From NCBI GenBank assembly GCA_964230645.1, contig CAXRHT010000001.1, forward strand, positions 70,943-134,942: 64,000 nt of DNA, written 5' to 3'. The position numbers and the translations under genes are program-made. Positions 27,492 through 36,634 of the stretch are shown in pieces. Each line of letters opens with the position of its first letter. The stretch's first letter is position 1. The notes under the pieces are model-generated. The model made no database searches. It saw only the letters and a program-made list of their open reading frames with translations, and had not been told where the DNA came from. Source of the DNA: Bdellovibrionales bacterium. Its GTDB lineage: Bacteria; Bdellovibrionota; Bdellovibrionia; Bdellovibrionales; JAGQZY01.

Positions 27492-28337
27492 ATGTTAAAA
27501 AAGGATCACTTTATTTACCTTGCCCCTGCCGTTCTATTTATGGCAGGTGCCGTCCTAATGTTTTCCAATCAGGACCCAGCCTCTACAGCTGAAAATTATC
27601 AGCAAAGCCCTCAACCCAGAGTTGAAAGATCCGTCGCTTCCAAGAAAAAGGAAGCCGCTCAGAGCTCATCAAATGTCGTTAAAAAGAAGTCTGTTAATCA
27701 AAAGAAAACCTCAAAAGTTAGGCTCCCCGTTTTTGATCCTAATAAAAATCTCTCTGATCAATTCTCCGATCTTAAGAAAATCGAGGAGTGTTACCAAAAT
27801 GAGGGAAGCTGTGGTTTTCCCATGACCGATCCCAAGTCTGAGTTTTTCGCCATTGGTCAGCGTTTAAAAACAGACCTTTTAAAATTACAAAATGAAGTGA
27901 TGGACCAACAAAGAAAAGATGAGCAGATCTCAGAGATGGCTCGTCATTTTCTAAAGATTGCCGATGGCCATGTAAAAGAGGCGGCTCTTCATCTCATGGC
28001 CACCCAAGAACCCAGTGAAGACAACTTAGAAAGTCTTCTTAATGACATTATCGCCTACCACGATGCTAAACTTATACAACAAGGAATGCTGGAGCTAAGG
28101 CGTTATCTTGGCAACAAACAAAACGAATCCAAAATTCACCAGGCTCTCGCGAATGCTATGCGCACGGGTTCCCCTTTTGTAGCCGAACAAATCTCAAAAA
28201 ATCTCAATGCTTTTATTAATGAAGACTCTTTACCTCTCTATATGAAGACGATGAGTCAACTCTCTAAAGGAAGCCACACTCATAAAAACTTAAAAAACGC
28301 CATCAACGATTACCAAAGACTCCTACAGTCCGCGTAA
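27492..28337 (+). CDS. Membrane-anchored hypothetical protein
   Basis: 281 aa. One N-terminal TM, a basic S/K-rich linker, and a helical C-terminal domain. No family recognised. Confidence 0.45.
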   Translation: MLKKDHFIYLAPAVLFMAGAVLMFSNQDPASTAENYQQSPQPRVERSVASKKKEAAQSSSNVVKKKSVNQKKTSKVRLPVFDPNKNLSDQFSDLKKIEECYQNEGSCGFPMTDPKSEFFAIGQRLKTDLLKLQNEVMDQQRKDEQISEMARHFLKIADGHVKEAALHLMATQEPSEDNLESLLNDIIAYHDAKLIQQGMLELRRYLGNKQNESKIHQALANAMRTGSPFVAEQISKNLNAFINEDSLPLYMKTMSQLSKGSHTHKNLKNAINDYQRLLQSA

Positions 28338-28417
28338 CCAAAAGGGATCGGATCCCATTGGTAGCGATAGTGCGTCGAAAATGCTGCACATGCGCTACCA
28401 AAGGGAAGCAGGTACCT

Positions 28418-29677
28418 TTAGGGGATCATGTTTTGAGCGGCGATCCAGGCGGTGGTCCAAGCGTTTTGAAAGTTGAAGCCTCCTGTGATGCCGTCGACAT
28501 CCAGAATTTCTCCGGCGAAATAAATACCGGGTGCTTTTTTACTTTCCATGGTTTTAAAATTGATTTCTTTTAAAGCCACTCCCCCACATTCCACAAACTC
28601 CTCTTTGAATCGACTCTGGCCGTTGATTTCAAAATTTGTGTTTTTAAGGGTCTCGGTCACTTTGCTCATTTCTTTTTTTGTAATATTAGCCCACTGCTTT
28701 TCTTGATCGATCTTAAGAAAATTCAACAAACGAAACCAAAACCTTTTAGGGAGAACTTCCGGATAAACATTTTTAATCAAACTTTTGGCATTGTCTTTTT
28801 TTAAAGTTTCAAGCTTCTCTACTAAATCTAGCCTCTCCATTGATCCCAACCAATCCACGCTGAGAGTGGCATTGTATTGCGCTGTTTTCATCTCTCGAGC
28901 GGCCCAAGCCGAGAGTTTAAGGACAGCCGGACCACTGAGTCCCCAATGAGTGATCAAGGTGGGTCCGGCTTGTTTAAAGTTCTTCTTAGGAGGAACTTTT
29001 AATTTCAATTGGGTATTGGGAAAACTCAAACCTTGTAATTCCTCAAGGAGAGGGTGGGAAATTTTGAAAGTAAATAAGGACGGCGCTCTTTCCGTAATTT
29101 TATGCCCAAGAGAGGTCGCTAACTTATAGCCCCCTTCTGCACTTCCTGTCGCGATAAGAACCTTATCACAGTCAAAGACCTCGTCTTTTTGATTGATCAA
29201 ACTCCACCGCCCCTCCTGGGCTCGTTGCAATTTTTTGATAGCCGAGCGTTGCCGGATCTCTATCCCCAAAGCTTCACACTGTTCAAGGTAGGTTTCGATA
29301 ATCGTTTCGGAGCTATTGCTGTCTGGGAACATACGCCCATCACTTTCTGGGACAATTTTCACGCCATAATCAGCAAACCAATCAATGGTGTCTTTGGCCT
29401 GAAACTGGTTCATAGGTGAGAGAAGCTCTCTTTGACCCCGCGGGTAGTTTTCACAAAACTTGTTCACCTCAAAAAGGTTATGAGTCACGTTACAGCGTCC
29501 CCCACCGGAAATCCTAACCTTTTTTAAAAGTTGAGAGCTGGACTCAAAGATCACGATATGAGCCGTCTGCTGAGCTTTTCTAGCCTTTTTCGCGGCATTG
29601 ATCGCACAAAAAAAACCGGCGGCTCCTCCGCCAATAATTGCAATAGAAATCGGTCCACTATCTACCATGAGAGCCAA
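28418..29677 (-). CDS. HI0933/YhiN-like (BaiN/RdsA family) flavoprotein
   Basis: 419 aa. IAIIGGGAAGFF, GGGRCNVTH and the C-terminal FAGEILDVDGITGGFNFQ are typical of the family. The track start is a TTG. ATG at 29668 (MVDSGPIS...) is an alternative. Confidence 0.85.
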   Translation of the reverse strand: MALMVDSGPISIAIIGGGAAGFFCAINAAKKARKAQQTAHIVIFESSSQLLKKVRISGGGRCNVTHNLFEVNKFCENYPRGQRELLSPMNQFQAKDTIDWFADYGVKIVPESDGRMFPDSNSSETIIETYLEQCEALGIEIRQRSAIKKLQRAQEGRWSLINQKDEVFDCDKVLIATGSAEGGYKLATSLGHKITERAPSLFTFKISHPLLEELQGLSFPNTQLKLKVPPKKNFKQAGPTLITHWGLSGPAVLKLSAWAAREMKTAQYNATLSVDWLGSMERLDLVEKLETLKKDNAKSLIKNVYPEVLPKRFWFRLLNFLKIDQEKQWANITKKEMSKVTETLKNTNFEINGQSRFKEEFVECGGVALKEINFKTMESKKAPGIYFAGEILDVDGITGGFNFQNAWTTAWIAAQNMIP

Positions 29678-29735
29678 CAGTATGTCTGAAAAGAGGCAAA
29701 CTGTCGACTAGGAAAAAATTATTGGAATTAAATAG
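29646..29735. repeat. Direct repeat copy 1 (promoter, 5'-UTR and first codons of the flavoprotein gene)
   Basis: Aligns by hand with 31023-31112 at a constant offset of 1377 nt. The shared blocks include GAAATCGGT, CAGTATGTCT and AAACTGTCGACTAGGAAAAAA. Confidence 0.75.
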
Positions 29736-30102
29736 AACGTTTTTCACATAGTCATCCTGACCAAGGGGAAGGATCTTTTTCCACAGAATAGCAGAACTTA
29801 AATACTCCTGGTACTTTTCTAGGTAATGGGACTACTTTCCAAGAGAGTCTAGACGTGATTCTTTCGCTTAAAAAGTCGTAAACCATAGTAAATTTTCAAG
29901 ATTTTAGCCTTTAAAAGAGTAGAGGGGAAACACTTTAGATGCTGGATGAACCAACTCAAGACGGAAGTTTATATCGAATACTCTATTTACATATGTCTAC
30001 AATTTTTGTTATTGATACTCATATCATTTTTAACCTTGCATCCCTTTCAATATAGTTGGTACGTAATTTGTATCTAAAGCTAGATAAACAAGGAGTATTA
30101 AA

Positions 30103-30798
30103 ATGAACTTTCTGAAAATTGCCTTTCTGTTTAAGGTGGTTTGTATCTTCAGTAGTATTGCTATTGCGAATGAAAACTGTGATCTTGCGTATCAAGAACT
30201 AGAAGCTGCTCAAACTTTTTCTGAAACTGCTCCTCAAGAACTAAATCGTACTCGAAATCGTCTTCGTGGGTATCAAGATCAACTTGCTGGACTCAACTGT
30301 GGAGGCATATACGACAATGCATTAGCTGGAAAATGTGCTAGAACTCGCAATATAATTGAAGTCCAAGCCGAATGGCTGCAAGACATGAGAGAAGAGGTAG
30401 AGAATTATTTTAATCCCAAAATGGGAGAGAGAGCCTATCAAAACCTTTTTAATAATCATTCAGAGACAGATGTTTTCGACTCGCTATATGGTGCATTACA
30501 TCCACATCGAACGAGCTATAATAGAAGATTATCCATGAAAGAGAATCATGAAAGAGCGTGGGCAAATGGTGGATGTAATAATTTATCTCAAGAAATTCTT
30601 AGGAATTATTTGGAAGCTAATCGAAATGCAAGTGACTGCAATATTTTGCCCACTTTTGTTGAAGAACTCAGATCTTCTTTATCCGAATTATCTGCCGTAA
30701 GCGTGCAAGAATTCGTGAACACTAAACAATCAGAATATATTCAGTGTGTAGAGAGTTTGATTCCTGAAAACCAAAAAAACTCTACAGTGACCGAATAA
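30103..30798 (+). CDS. Secreted helical Cys-containing hypothetical protein (inside the insertion)
   Basis: 231 aa. RBS AAGGAG. Signal peptide ...SSIAIA. No family recognised. The flanking DNA is visibly more AT-rich than its neighbours. Confidence 0.5.
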   Translation: MNFLKIAFLFKVVCIFSSIAIANENCDLAYQELEAAQTFSETAPQELNRTRNRLRGYQDQLAGLNCGGIYDNALAGKCARTRNIIEVQAEWLQDMREEVENYFNPKMGERAYQNLFNNHSETDVFDSLYGALHPHRTSYNRRLSMKENHERAWANGGCNNLSQEILRNYLEANRNASDCNILPTFVEELRSSLSELSAVSVQEFVNTKQSEYIQCVESLIPENQKNSTVTE

Positions 30799-30969
30799 AA
30801 ACTAGTCGTCCAAAATCGACAACAGTAAAAGGGGGATCAAGTTTCGATTTCCCACCGAAGTCTAGTAGGTCAGAGAGCTGGCTCTTAACCAGGTTTTGAA
30901 GTGAAAGAAACATCGGAAAAATTGACTTCGTCTCTTGCAAATATTGGCCATTTTTTCAAATATTCCCTT

Positions 30970-31015
30970 GAGGGTCCTTCCCTGGAAAGATTCTTCGCTT
31001 CACTCAGAATGACAC
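30970..31015. repeat. Solo arm of the GTCATTCTGAG-family repeat
   Basis: GAGGGTCCTTCCCTGGAAAGATTCTTCGCTTCACTCAGAATGACAC equals the loop-3' part plus the right arm of the elements at 17.2 kb and 60.0 kb. No matching left arm lies nearby. Confidence 0.65.
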
Positions 31016-31045
31016 TTGAACGGAAATCGGTTTATCGTTCAACAT
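31004..31045 (-). pseudogene. Duplicated 5' fragment of the HI0933-like flavoprotein gene, truncated by the repeat arm
   Basis: The minus strand reads ATG TTG AAC GAT AAA CCG ATT TCC GTT ... TGA (MLNDKPISV...). Compare the intact gene, MVDSGPISIAIIGGG. The reading frame runs into GTCATTCTGAG and stops. Confidence 0.4.
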
Positions 31046-31112
31046 CAGAGCCTCCAGTATGTCTTAAAAGTGAGAAACTGTCGACTAGGAAAAAAGAGTC
31101 AGAATTAGACAG
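31023..31112. repeat. Direct repeat copy 2
   Basis: See copy 1. By hand, 21/30 identical in the first 30 nt and 52/65 in the remainder. Overlaps the 3' end of ORF 31105..31830. Confidence 0.75.
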
Positions 31113-31830
31113 GGCATTGCCCGGCTGTGAAATTGCTATTTCTATGCCCTTTAAAATGAATCCGGTGCTTTTTGCCAAAGGATTGCGGTTTTAATAGAAA
31201 AACAAAAAAACACTCACTACCGAGATGGCGTTGGCATTTTAGTTCTTCCCGTTGACTGGCGGGGAGAAAAGCTTGTGATTTCACTTCACCAGGGGTATCC
31301 ACGGTCAGCTGATTTCGTAGGTAAAAGGAGGGATTTGAGGGAAGCTCATGTTTCTTAAGTTCTACAGCAAAAAGGCCTGCAAAGTTTTTGTATAGAGATT
31401 TCTTCTCTAGAAAACGAAGGTGGAAAGAAACCTGTGAACGGCAACGACTCACTGGTGTTTCGCCCACAAGCCACAGAGATTGGGGGTCGACATCCTTAAA
31501 TTGCTGAGGCCTTAGACTCACCTCTGAAACCTTGTCTGATACTTCAAGGATGAGGGGCGCTTTATTAGGATCTTTTAATAAAACCACTAACTCTAATTTT
31601 TGATGGGGGTATTTTACTCTTGAGAGCTCAACGGAAGTATTACCTTCGGTTTTTTTGGAAGCTCGCCCTCTAAAGCCCAGCTTTAAAGGACGCAATTCTT
31701 TACCCCACTTAACTTTCAAATTGGGAATTTTTTGGATCTGTTCGGCTGGGGCTGAACCCAAGAGTTTCAACGAATAAATAATCACGAAACTGCATAGAAA
31801 AAAAGATCGAATCATTGTAGCTTTCCCCAT
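31105..31830 (-). CDS. Secreted hypothetical protein
   Basis: 241 aa with a signal peptide. The last roughly 30 codons look atypical (Cys/His/Phe-rich), and its final codons lie within direct repeat copy 2. The native C-terminus may therefore have been altered. Confidence 0.45.
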   Translation of the reverse strand: MGKATMIRSFFLCSFVIIYSLKLLGSAPAEQIQKIPNLKVKWGKELRPLKLGFRGRASKKTEGNTSVELSRVKYPHQKLELVVLLKDPNKAPLILEVSDKVSEVSLRPQQFKDVDPQSLWLVGETPVSRCRSQVSFHLRFLEKKSLYKNFAGLFAVELKKHELPSNPSFYLRNQLTVDTPGEVKSQAFLPASQREELKCQRHLGSECFFVFLLKPQSFGKKHRIHFKGHRNSNFTAGQCPV

Positions 31831-31875
31831 AAAACTGAGGGAAAGCTTTTAAGGCTCTCCCCGGATTTTTTTACT

Positions 31876-33990
31876 CTACTGGGCGGCGGCCATTTTTTTG
31901 TCGCCCCCTTGGGACTCTTTGATTTCCTCTACGAGTGTGTCGGCCTTATAAACTTTTTCAAGAGCCTCAAGAATCAAATCTCCATGAACAGATACGGCCC
32001 GATTTTGTTTTTCATCAAATCCGTAAGCGCCCCCTAGAGAATAGATGTTACCATCAAAAACTAAACCTATGATCTCAGCCTTGCGATTAATGACGGGTGA
32101 GCCTGAGTTACCGCCAATAATGTCATTGGTGGAAACGAAGTTAAAGGGCGTATTTTTATCAAGACTTTTCTCGTTTTTAATCCAGGACTTGGGAAGATCA
32201 AAAGGCTCTCTCCCGGTGGCCCGCTTAAAAACCCCTGCAATTTCTGTCGTAGGCTCCACATACTTGCCATTGTCAGGGAAACCTTTTACTTGTCCGTAAG
32301 ACAGACGCAAAGAAAAGGTCGCGTCAGGATAGTTGTCTTTGCCGTAGATATCAAAAATAGCTTTAGCGATTTTTTCCTGATTCTTACTAAATATAGGAGA
32401 AATTTCCTCTTCTTCAATTTTACGATACTTTCTGGCCTCATCATCCAACTTGATCGCAAACTCGATCATGGGGTCCTTTGAAGATAGGATCGCTTTTTTG
32501 CCGCCTTCAAAAAGTTTTTTACGATAAGCCACATCATCAAGCTTGGTTTTCTTCACCAATTCCTGAGAGAGTTCTTCCGGTGACTGCTTACCAAGAGCCA
32601 ACTTTACAAACGAGTGATCCGGCGACAAATGCTCACGCATTTTGGTGAGACTATGCTCCATGAGGGTGCGTTCAAAGTCCTTATAAATAGGGGCCTTACT
32701 GAAAAGGTACTGCTTTGTACGCGGCAGTTTTGCATCGGTGAACTCGCGAAAACGCTTTTTATTAGGCTTTTCAATTTCCTCAGCATACTGAACGAGAGTT
32801 CTGGCATAAGAGAAAAGTTTGGTGCCATAGTTTGAAAAAGCAATATGGGAGAACTCATCTTCTAAATTTTTCTTACGCTCAATAGCCTTTTCAATATTCT
32901 TCCAAGCATCGCCGTATTTGTTTTTGTACCAACGATTTCGTCGCACTCGGTATTTTAGGTCGCGCTCTTTTTTCAGTAATTGAGTAAAAAACTCATCATC
33001 ATTGAGAGCTTTCAGACGACCCGTTAGAGCTTTAAATCCATTCTCCACTCCCTTTAAGTGGCCTCTTGAAATTCTAGCGGCCTCTTTACTTTTCTTGGCG
33101 TATTGATCAAGTAGACCTCTCATCTCTGCTAACCGAATCAAACTTTCTACTAAACGATGATCTCGGTAATATTTAAGCATAGAGGTGGGCAGTAAGCGAT
33201 CCGTACTTCCCGGATGCCCCGTAATAAAAGTCATATCGCCTTTTTTGGCTCCTTCTTCAGCCCAAGGGAACCAGTATTTATTTTCAAGGGGTTTTCCTTT
33301 TTCGTAAACACGAAGAAAGGTCATATCCATAGAATAGCGGGGAAAATTAAAATTATCAGGATCGCCCCCAAAGGCTGCGATACTATCTTCAGGAGCAAAA
33401 ACCAAACGCACATCTTGGTAACGTCGATATTTATAAAGCTTGTACTCTCCCCCATGATAAAGTGAAACCGTATCGCAACGATAGTCTTCGCTATTTTTGG
33501 CACAAGCTTTTTCAAGCTCTGCCATTTTTGCTTTTTTGGCATCACTATAAGCTTTGCCCTCTTTGTCTTTTGTGGCTTCAAGAATATTTTCAGTCACATC
33601 ACTCACATCCACCAGGCGATTGACTTCAAAGGCGGGGCATTTTTTCTCGTCACCGCGAGCTTTCGCGTGAAACCCAGAGGATATGAAATCGTTTTTCTTT
33701 GAAGAAAGATTTTGAATACAACCTCTTGCACAATGATGATTGGTCATCAGCAAACCCTCTTTAGAGATAAAACTTCCAGAACAACCATTGGCTAATCTCA
33801 CAGAACTCAGTTGAACCTTTTTGACCCATGTCGGATTGGCTTTGAAATCGTATTTTTCTTTAAGGCGCTCTTCTGGCAAATTATCGAGAGTCCACATTCC
33901 CTCATCGGCATGCAGGGGATGAACCAGAAAGATTGTTAAAACACTGAGCAAAAACTTCTGTAAGAACACTATGAAACTCCTTGAACACAT
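31876..33990 (-). CDS. S46 family dipeptidyl-peptidase (DPP7/DPP11-like)
   Basis: 704 aa with a signal peptide. DEGMW N-terminus of the mature enzyme, TNHHCA (His), and GGNSGSPV (Ser) near the C-terminus. Confidence 0.9.
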   Translation of the reverse strand: MCSRSFIVFLQKFLLSVLTIFLVHPLHADEGMWTLDNLPEERLKEKYDFKANPTWVKKVQLSSVRLANGCSGSFISKEGLLMTNHHCARGCIQNLSSKKNDFISSGFHAKARGDEKKCPAFEVNRLVDVSDVTENILEATKDKEGKAYSDAKKAKMAELEKACAKNSEDYRCDTVSLYHGGEYKLYKYRRYQDVRLVFAPEDSIAAFGGDPDNFNFPRYSMDMTFLRVYEKGKPLENKYWFPWAEEGAKKGDMTFITGHPGSTDRLLPTSMLKYYRDHRLVESLIRLAEMRGLLDQYAKKSKEAARISRGHLKGVENGFKALTGRLKALNDDEFFTQLLKKERDLKYRVRRNRWYKNKYGDAWKNIEKAIERKKNLEDEFSHIAFSNYGTKLFSYARTLVQYAEEIEKPNKKRFREFTDAKLPRTKQYLFSKAPIYKDFERTLMEHSLTKMREHLSPDHSFVKLALGKQSPEELSQELVKKTKLDDVAYRKKLFEGGKKAILSSKDPMIEFAIKLDDEARKYRKIEEEEISPIFSKNQEKIAKAIFDIYGKDNYPDATFSLRLSYGQVKGFPDNGKYVEPTTEIAGVFKRATGREPFDLPKSWIKNEKSLDKNTPFNFVSTNDIIGGNSGSPVINRKAEIIGLVFDGNIYSLGGAYGFDEKQNRAVSVHGDLILEALEKVYKADTLVEEIKESQGGDKKMAAAQ

Positions 33991-34116
33991 TAGAAAAGCC
34001 CCCTTAAAAAAGACTTTGGAAAAGGTTTACCTATTCCCCCCTTCTGTGGTCAATAAAAGCTTGTTTTCATAGTGGTTTTACAGAATCTTAAATCTAGGAA
34101 ATTAATGAAATCGATT

Positions 34117-36291
34117 CTATGGATTCTCAATCAAATCGGGAATTAAGTTTCCATTGAGATCTCTCAAATAACCTAGATTAGAGTAAGCCCCTTGGTTGAA
34201 TATATCACCGCCGTAAGTGACATCACCCCAAGAGATGAGCTGACCATTTTCTTTGACGGCGATAAAGCCTGGATACTCCATGGGAATAATATCGGTGACA
34301 CCTGAGGATAAAATATCGGGAATGCGATCTCCGTTGGAATCCGCTAGACAGCGCACACCGAAAGGAGAAGTGTGGCAGGTCGGATCTCCACCACGATCGG
34401 CTTGACCCCAAGCCACCACGGCCCCATCCTCGGTTAAGGCTGCCAGGGCGTGCTCACTTGCAAAAACTTTGACCACTCCACTTTCTAAAATATCCGCTCG
34501 TCCGTTGCTATCATTATCGATAAGACTTCCCACATTGGGTTGCGAACTTTGATTGATGGGGTCTCCTCCCCGACTGATTCCTCCCCACACTACGGCTTGG
34601 CCTCCCGTTTTAATGGCGGCAAAAGCATCGCGGTTAGAAAAGACCTTCTCAACCCCTGATTCAAGAATATCGGCAATGAAATTACTATTTAAATCCGCTA
34701 AAGTTTTTACTCCCGCGCCCACGCCAGTAAGATCGGTGGGATCGCCACCGCGTCCTGCGTTCCCCCACACCACCAGAGAGCCATCTTGTTTTAAAGCTCC
34801 AAAAGCGCCTCGGGTACGGAATACTTCAGTGACCTGTGACTCTAAGAGGTCAGCGATACCATTGCTATCAAGATCGGGAAGATAGCCGTAATTTCCACCA
34901 TTAATTCTCGTCGGATCTCCTCCTTCGGACTGATGTCCCCAAGCGACAACCGACTGATCTGATTTAATAGCGGCAAAGGCTCGATAATTGGGAACAATCT
35001 TCTCAACACCGGATTCTAAAAGGTCGGCAATTCCGTTAGAGTTTAAATCCGCCAAGGGGGTTGTGTTACCCCCTCCCGAAGCGCCTGTTTGATCCCCGCC
35101 GAAGTCTCTATGCCCCCAGCTCACAACAGAGCCATTTTCTTTTATAACCGCAAAGGACCAACGCCCCGGCACAATCTCGCTCACTCCACTCTCTAGTAAA
35201 TCGGCCACACCGTTCATATTAACATCGGGCAAGGAATGATTCGTGGCAGTTGTAACACCGGTGGCATCTCCTCCGTTTTCACCATCGCCCCAAGTCACCA
35301 CTGAGTTATCGGATCTCAATGCCGCAAAGCCATAGACATTTCCTTCCACTTTTTTAACACCCCCTTCAAGGAGGTCGGCTTGGCCGTTAGAATTACTATC
35401 GGCGAGAGTTTTGATATTCGTTCCAGGACTTGTCTCCCCCAGGATATCTCCCCCTCGGGTTTGATCTCCCCATGTGACAAGACTCCCATCACTCTTTTGA
35501 GCGCAAAAGGCGAAGATAGAATAATAAAGATCAACAACGTCTGAGCTTAACTCATCAGCCACATAGTCGTTATTGGAATCACTCAAAGTTTTAATGGAAG
35601 CACTTGGAGAAGCTTTTCCAGTGGGATCTCCACCCTGTTCTTTATAGCCCCAAGCCACGACCGAACCATCATCTTTTAATGCCGCTATGGAATTCGTACT
35701 TCCATACTCAGGATCACCATGAAAACCGACCAACTTTTTGATTCCCCCCTCAAGAAGGTCTGAAATTCCATCACCGTCTTCATCGGGTAAAATCCCAGCC
35801 GTATTTTCCACGCCTGTGGAATTGGTTGAATCTCCTCCATTGATGTTGCCACCAAAAGTAACAAGTCCTCCTTTTTTGGTAAAAAAGAATCCCGCGGCTC
35901 CATTATGAACAATTTGCTCTTTTAAAATATATTGCTCGGGACTTTCAAACTGCGCCTCAGCGTATTTCACCACACAACGCAAGCGTCCATTGTAAGGAGG
36001 CAAGAAAACACCAAATTTAAAATTTCCTTTACCGCGCTGGGTGACTTCCTCAATTTTCTCGCCATTAAATTCGATAAAAACAGAAAGGTCGGTATTTTCA
36101 TCGACCAATAGAGGATTCACTTGGCAATTCACCACCGCGCCTTCATAGTTGTAGTCAATTTGCGCGACAGAAATAATCGTTTCTTCCCCAGGCAAGGGAA
36201 CCAAGGGGGGCGCTTGTGAACCACTGGGAAGCTGTGTGGCTATTCCACATCCAGATAAAATAAATAACAATAAAATCGGAATGAACTTCAT
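34117..36291 (-). CDS. Lipoprotein with ten ~57-aa RCC1-like/Ca-loop repeats (putative beta-propeller)
   Basis: 724 aa. Lipobox LSGCG. An N-terminal domain of about 130 aa is followed by 10 repeats. Each repeat contains ...DGSVV(A/T/S)WG-x4-GGD... and D-x-N-x-NG-x-AD-LLESGV. Confidence 0.7.
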   Translation of the reverse strand: MKFIPILLLFILSGCGIATQLPSGSQAPPLVPLPGEETIISVAQIDYNYEGAVVNCQVNPLLVDENTDLSVFIEFNGEKIEEVTQRGKGNFKFGVFLPPYNGRLRCVVKYAEAQFESPEQYILKEQIVHNGAAGFFFTKKGGLVTFGGNINGGDSTNSTGVENTAGILPDEDGDGISDLLEGGIKKLVGFHGDPEYGSTNSIAALKDDGSVVAWGYKEQGGDPTGKASPSASIKTLSDSNNDYVADELSSDVVDLYYSIFAFCAQKSDGSLVTWGDQTRGGDILGETSPGTNIKTLADSNSNGQADLLEGGVKKVEGNVYGFAALRSDNSVVTWGDGENGGDATGVTTATNHSLPDVNMNGVADLLESGVSEIVPGRWSFAVIKENGSVVSWGHRDFGGDQTGASGGGNTTPLADLNSNGIADLLESGVEKIVPNYRAFAAIKSDQSVVAWGHQSEGGDPTRINGGNYGYLPDLDSNGIADLLESQVTEVFRTRGAFGALKQDGSLVVWGNAGRGGDPTDLTGVGAGVKTLADLNSNFIADILESGVEKVFSNRDAFAAIKTGGQAVVWGGISRGGDPINQSSQPNVGSLIDNDSNGRADILESGVVKVFASEHALAALTEDGAVVAWGQADRGGDPTCHTSPFGVRCLADSNGDRIPDILSSGVTDIIPMEYPGFIAVKENGQLISWGDVTYGGDIFNQGAYSNLGYLRDLNGNLIPDLIENP

Positions 36292-36590
36292 AAATCTCCA
36301 TAGTTGGCTATGACATCAACAGGTATTGTAATTGGAGAGGGAGCGTGGAAGGCTAAGCGCTAAAAGCGTGAGTAGGAGCTAGAATATGTCATCCAGACTT
36401 AGTTTCTTTTCGGCATTTTTTGTCGATATATTGAGGGAATTCTCAGTGTGAAACGGGAGAATGTTAAAAAGAACATTTGTTTAATAAAAAGGACGTCTAA
36501 TCTAAAGATTTTCCACGATACTAAGAACCTGAGCTTTTAACAAAGCGGATTCAACTCGTTCTATTTTTAGAGGATTTCTAATCCTAAGCT

Positions 36591-36617
36591 CCCAAAAAAG
36601 GAAAGCAAGCTTTCCCC
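36591..36617 (-). terminator. Rho-independent terminator downstream of icmF
   Basis: The minus strand reads GGGGAAAGC-TT-GCTTTCC followed by TTTTTTGGG, 18 nt after the icmF stop. Confidence 0.7.
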
Positions 36618-36634
36618 TTCATCCTAGAATTATA

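Noticed and set aside
30901-31194. 97-aa plus-strand ORF (GTG start) spanning the solo repeat arm and direct repeat copy 2
   Set aside because: It reads through repeat and pseudo-5' fragment sequence (FFASLRMTLE comes from the repeat arm) and overlaps the 3' end of the minus-strand ORF. It has no RBS. It is most likely spurious.
34223-35912. Several 60-110 aa ORFs on both strands inside the repeat-lipoprotein gene
   Set aside because: They are embedded in a 724-codon ORF with a lipobox and a coherent ten-fold protein repeat. The internal ORFs are frame artefacts of repetitive GGN/GAY-rich sequence.
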